Source: Candidatus Bathyarchaeum sp.
GTDB taxonomy: Archaea > Thermoproteota > Bathyarchaeia > Bathyarchaeales > Bathyarchaeaceae
Direction: 5' to 3'
Length of the DNA: 28,340 nucleotides
Assembly: GCA_026014495.1 (NCBI GenBank)
Contig: JAOZIF010000184.1
Coordinates: 1 to 28,340, forward strand
The position numbers were made by a program, and so were the translations under genes. The notes below the pieces were generated by a model, which worked only from the letters and a program-made list of their open reading frames with translations, did no database searches and was not told the DNA's origin. Numbering within the stretch: the first letter of the stretch is position 1; every line of letters starts with the position of its first letter. Positions 26,359-28,340 of the stretch are shown here, piece after piece.

Positions 26359-27452
26359 GTGACTATCATCTCAAGCTTGTTTTCTGCAACAGCAGCTTTA
26401 ATTTCCATTGCAACTCTTCTTCCTGGACCAACCGCCATGCCATACTTGTATTTCATGTATGGGGATGTTGGTTCTACACAGGGGCATCCGGGTATTCTTG
26501 GGCTTACATCAAAAATGTAAAACTCCAAATTCTTGTTCATGGCTCCCTGCAGGGCAAACAAGCCAATTATTCCTGGCGGGTACTCTTTTTTGCAGGTTTC
26601 AACAAATTTTTCGCCAGCGTCAAATATTTTTTCTATTTGGGATTCGCGCATGGTTGCGCCTGTGTGTCCGATTTCGACGTTTTGGGTTGGCAGTTTTGCT
26701 TCTAGTTGCTCATCTGCTGGAAGGTCTAGGACTCCGTCTAGGTTTGTTTGTATTCTTCTGTCAAAGCCTAGCAGGTCTATTTCGTTGGTTATTGGGGAGT
26801 AGAAGTAGTTAGCGTTGAATTTTGCGCCAACAACATATTCTTCGATGATTGCTTCGTTTAGGTCTTCACGGTCGATTATGCCCTTTTTTATTCGTTCTTC
26901 TGAACGTTTTTTGAATTCTTCTGGAGATGAAGCATAAAAGAAGGCGCGTTCTATACTTCTTGTTTTTTCTGGAACCTTAACTATTGCTAAGCGGTCGATT
27001 TCTTCGGGTGAACTAAAGATTTTGGGCAAATTCAAACCAGCACGTACAATCAGGTCATATTGGTTATTGGGCACGTTTCTTTCTTCACTTCTAAGCATGA
27101 AGCGGTTTCCTAGGAGCGGAACCTTAAACTTTTGTTCGATATTGTCGTAGCCCGTGTAAACCGAAAATGACCTGTTTGGAACAAAAATTGTGTTTAATCT
27201 TCGCAGTTTGGCTTGATTTTCTTCTTTTATTATGTCAGAAAATTTGTCCAGTATCAGAACGTGGTCAAAGAGGTTTTTGTAGTGTTTTGCGTATGTTTTT
27301 TCTCTTCCTTTTTGGCAAACAACAACTACTTCAAAGCCTTCCTGCTTGGCTCCATGCCCCATCTCTAGGGCAGAGTGAGACCCAAGCACTCCGATTTTAA
27401 CTTCTTTTGGGTTATAATCTGACAAAACTTCACTAATTTGTTGTCGGTTCAT
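26355..27452 (-). CDS. PurP-like ATP-grasp paralog (PNRSF subtype)
   Basis: GVLGSHSALE, VPNRSF, ERAFFYA, GFDRRIQTNLDG, FDVSPRIPG; GTGA overlap with the purP start. Confidence 0.9.
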   Translation of the reverse strand: MNRQQISEVLSDYNPKEVKIGVLGSHSALEMGHGAKQEGFEVVVVCQKGREKTYAKHYKNLFDHVLILDKFSDIIKEENQAKLRRLNTIFVPNRSFSVYTGYDNIEQKFKVPLLGNRFMLRSEERNVPNNQYDLIVRAGLNLPKIFSSPEEIDRLAIVKVPEKTRSIERAFFYASSPEEFKKRSEERIKKGIIDREDLNEAIIEEYVVGAKFNANYFYSPITNEIDLLGFDRRIQTNLDGVLDLPADEQLEAKLPTQNVEIGHTGATMRESQIEKIFDAGEKFVETCKKEYPPGIIGLFALQGAMNKNLEFYIFDVSPRIPGCPCVEPTSPYMKYKYGMAVGPGRRVAMEIKAAVAENKLEMIVT

Positions 27453-27847
27453 TTTTGTTCACCTAAATTTGCTTTATAACGTGTGCGAATTTGCGGTGGG
27501 CAGCTCTCGCACCGCTCTTTGTTTATGTTGTTTCTGTTTGCAGTCCATTCTAAAAGAGGTATAATAGATTTTCTAAGCTCTGTGCCGTCGTTTGTTAGGG
27601 AGTATTCTACTCGTGGGGGTATCTCTGCGAAGGCTTCTCGTTTGATCAGTCCTTCGGTTTGGAGTTCTTTTAGTGTGTCTGAGAGTGTTTTTGGGCTAAT
27701 GCCTTGTAGTGCTTGCATTATTTGGTTGAATCTTAGTTTTTCGCAGTTGCCTAATGTGTTGATTATGAGTAGTGACCATTTTTTGCTGATTAAGTCGATT
27801 ACGCCTTTAAGTGGGCAGATGCATGTTTGTTCCTTTTTTTCGTACAT
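27449..27847 (-). CDS. HxlR family winged-HTH regulator
   Basis: CPLKGVIDLISKKWSLLII...LRFNQI...ISPKTLSDTLKELQTEGLIKR..FAEIPPRVEYSLT; ATGA overlap with the downstream gene. Confidence 0.93.
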   Translation of the reverse strand: MYEKKEQTCICPLKGVIDLISKKWSLLIINTLGNCEKLRFNQIMQALQGISPKTLSDTLKELQTEGLIKREAFAEIPPRVEYSLTNDGTELRKSIIPLLEWTANRNNINKERCESCPPQIRTRYKANLGEQK

Positions 27848-27867
27848 ATTGACCGCTTTCGTTGGGG

Positions 27868-27886
27868 ATAGTGACTGTGTTACTAT
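27868..27886. promoter_or_regulatory. Inverted repeat, probable operator in the divergent hxlR / small-protein promoter
   Basis: ATAGTGAC-TGT-GTTACTAT (one mismatch), overlapping the minus-strand TATA-like TTTATA (27884-89). Confidence 0.55.
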
Positions 27887-27952
27887 AAACTGGATAGTTT
27901 AAATACTTTACTTTGAATATTGAAGATGTAGGAGCGGAGGTGAACAAAGAAC

Positions 27953-28117
27953 ATGACCGGAGACTGTTGCTGCGGAGGAGACTGTCATGACCACGGGCAC
28001 ACTCATAGAAGACTGTTAACCAAAGAAGAAAAGCTCACAAAACTCACGAAATACAAGGAAGACCTCAAAAAAGAACTTGCAGCCGTAGACCAAGCCATAG
28101 ATGAACTCAGTAAATAA
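27953..28117 (+). CDS. 54-aa Cys/His-rich protein with C-terminal coiled coil, DUF5320-like (missed by ORF track)
   Basis: MTGDCCCGGDCHDHGHTHRRLLTKEEKLTKLTKYKEDLKKELAAVDQAIDELSK*; strong GGAGGTGA RBS at 27936-43. Confidence 0.85.
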   Translation: MTGDCCCGGDCHDHGHTHRRLLTKEEKLTKLTKYKEDLKKELAAVDQAIDELSK

Positions 28118-28234
28118 CACCAAAAACTGAGCAATCATCCAACTTTTTATTTTTCTATTTTTTAAACAAACACTGTTTTTTGTTGGTTTGAAACGAAACG
28201 CATAAATTGTAATTTTTACGTTGTAGAAGTCTGT

Positions 28235-28340
28235 CGGGAGGTAGCTCAGCTTGGTAGAGCTTCCGAGCCAGCCTAACATCTGTCTGGGCTGACGGAGACG
28301 CTGTAGACGCCTACCCATGGTGGGCATCATTTAGCCTATC
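28235..28340 (+). tRNA. trnY: tRNA-Tyr(GTA), partial: 34-nt intron at 30/31 (28266..28299) and second intron starting about 28307 (37/38), truncated by window end
   Basis: CGGGAGG TA GCTC AGCTTGGTA GAGC T TCCG|intron|G CT GTA G|A...; C1 typical of archaeal Tyr; BHB helix CTTC/GGAG, bulges CG|A and AC|G; sequence after the anticodon does not complement TCCGG, implying a second intron. Confidence 0.85.

Noticed and set aside
28016-28330. 104-aa minus-strand ORF
   Set aside because: Overlaps tRNA-Tyr and the Cys/His mini-protein on the opposite strand.

Overview
Archaeal chromosomal window, most likely Bathyarchaeia or a related TACK lineage. This is inferred from L40e/Alba/NusA-like/ND-aspS synteny, tRNA introns at non-canonical positions, and secreted PQQ-propeller and NosD-like proteins. 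It holds four tRNA genes, all intron-containing: Phe-GAA (30/31), Val-CAC (21/22), Ala-CGC (37/38) and Tyr-GTA (30/31 plus a second intron, cut by the window end). Housekeeping genes include rpiA, rpl40e, alba, aspS, truD, pth2, a geranylgeranyl reductase, dinB, a dCMP deaminase and two purP paralogs. There are six transcription regulators, several transporters and several surface proteins. Four small ORFs are missing from the supplied track: L40e, a stand-alone desulforedoxin, a Cys/His-rich 54-aa protein and a 41-aa ORF. I saw no CRISPR array, integrase or transposase. The best lead is a GC-rich ~67-nt leader upstream of queT that can form a pseudoknot over the Shine-Dalgarno sequence, a candidate archaeal preQ0/preQ1-type riboswitch. 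Other leads are a compact AglB-like protein with an altered DK motif and a Cys-bearing HxlR regulator translationally coupled to the purP pair. All protein family calls come from motif recognition by eye, with no database searches run.
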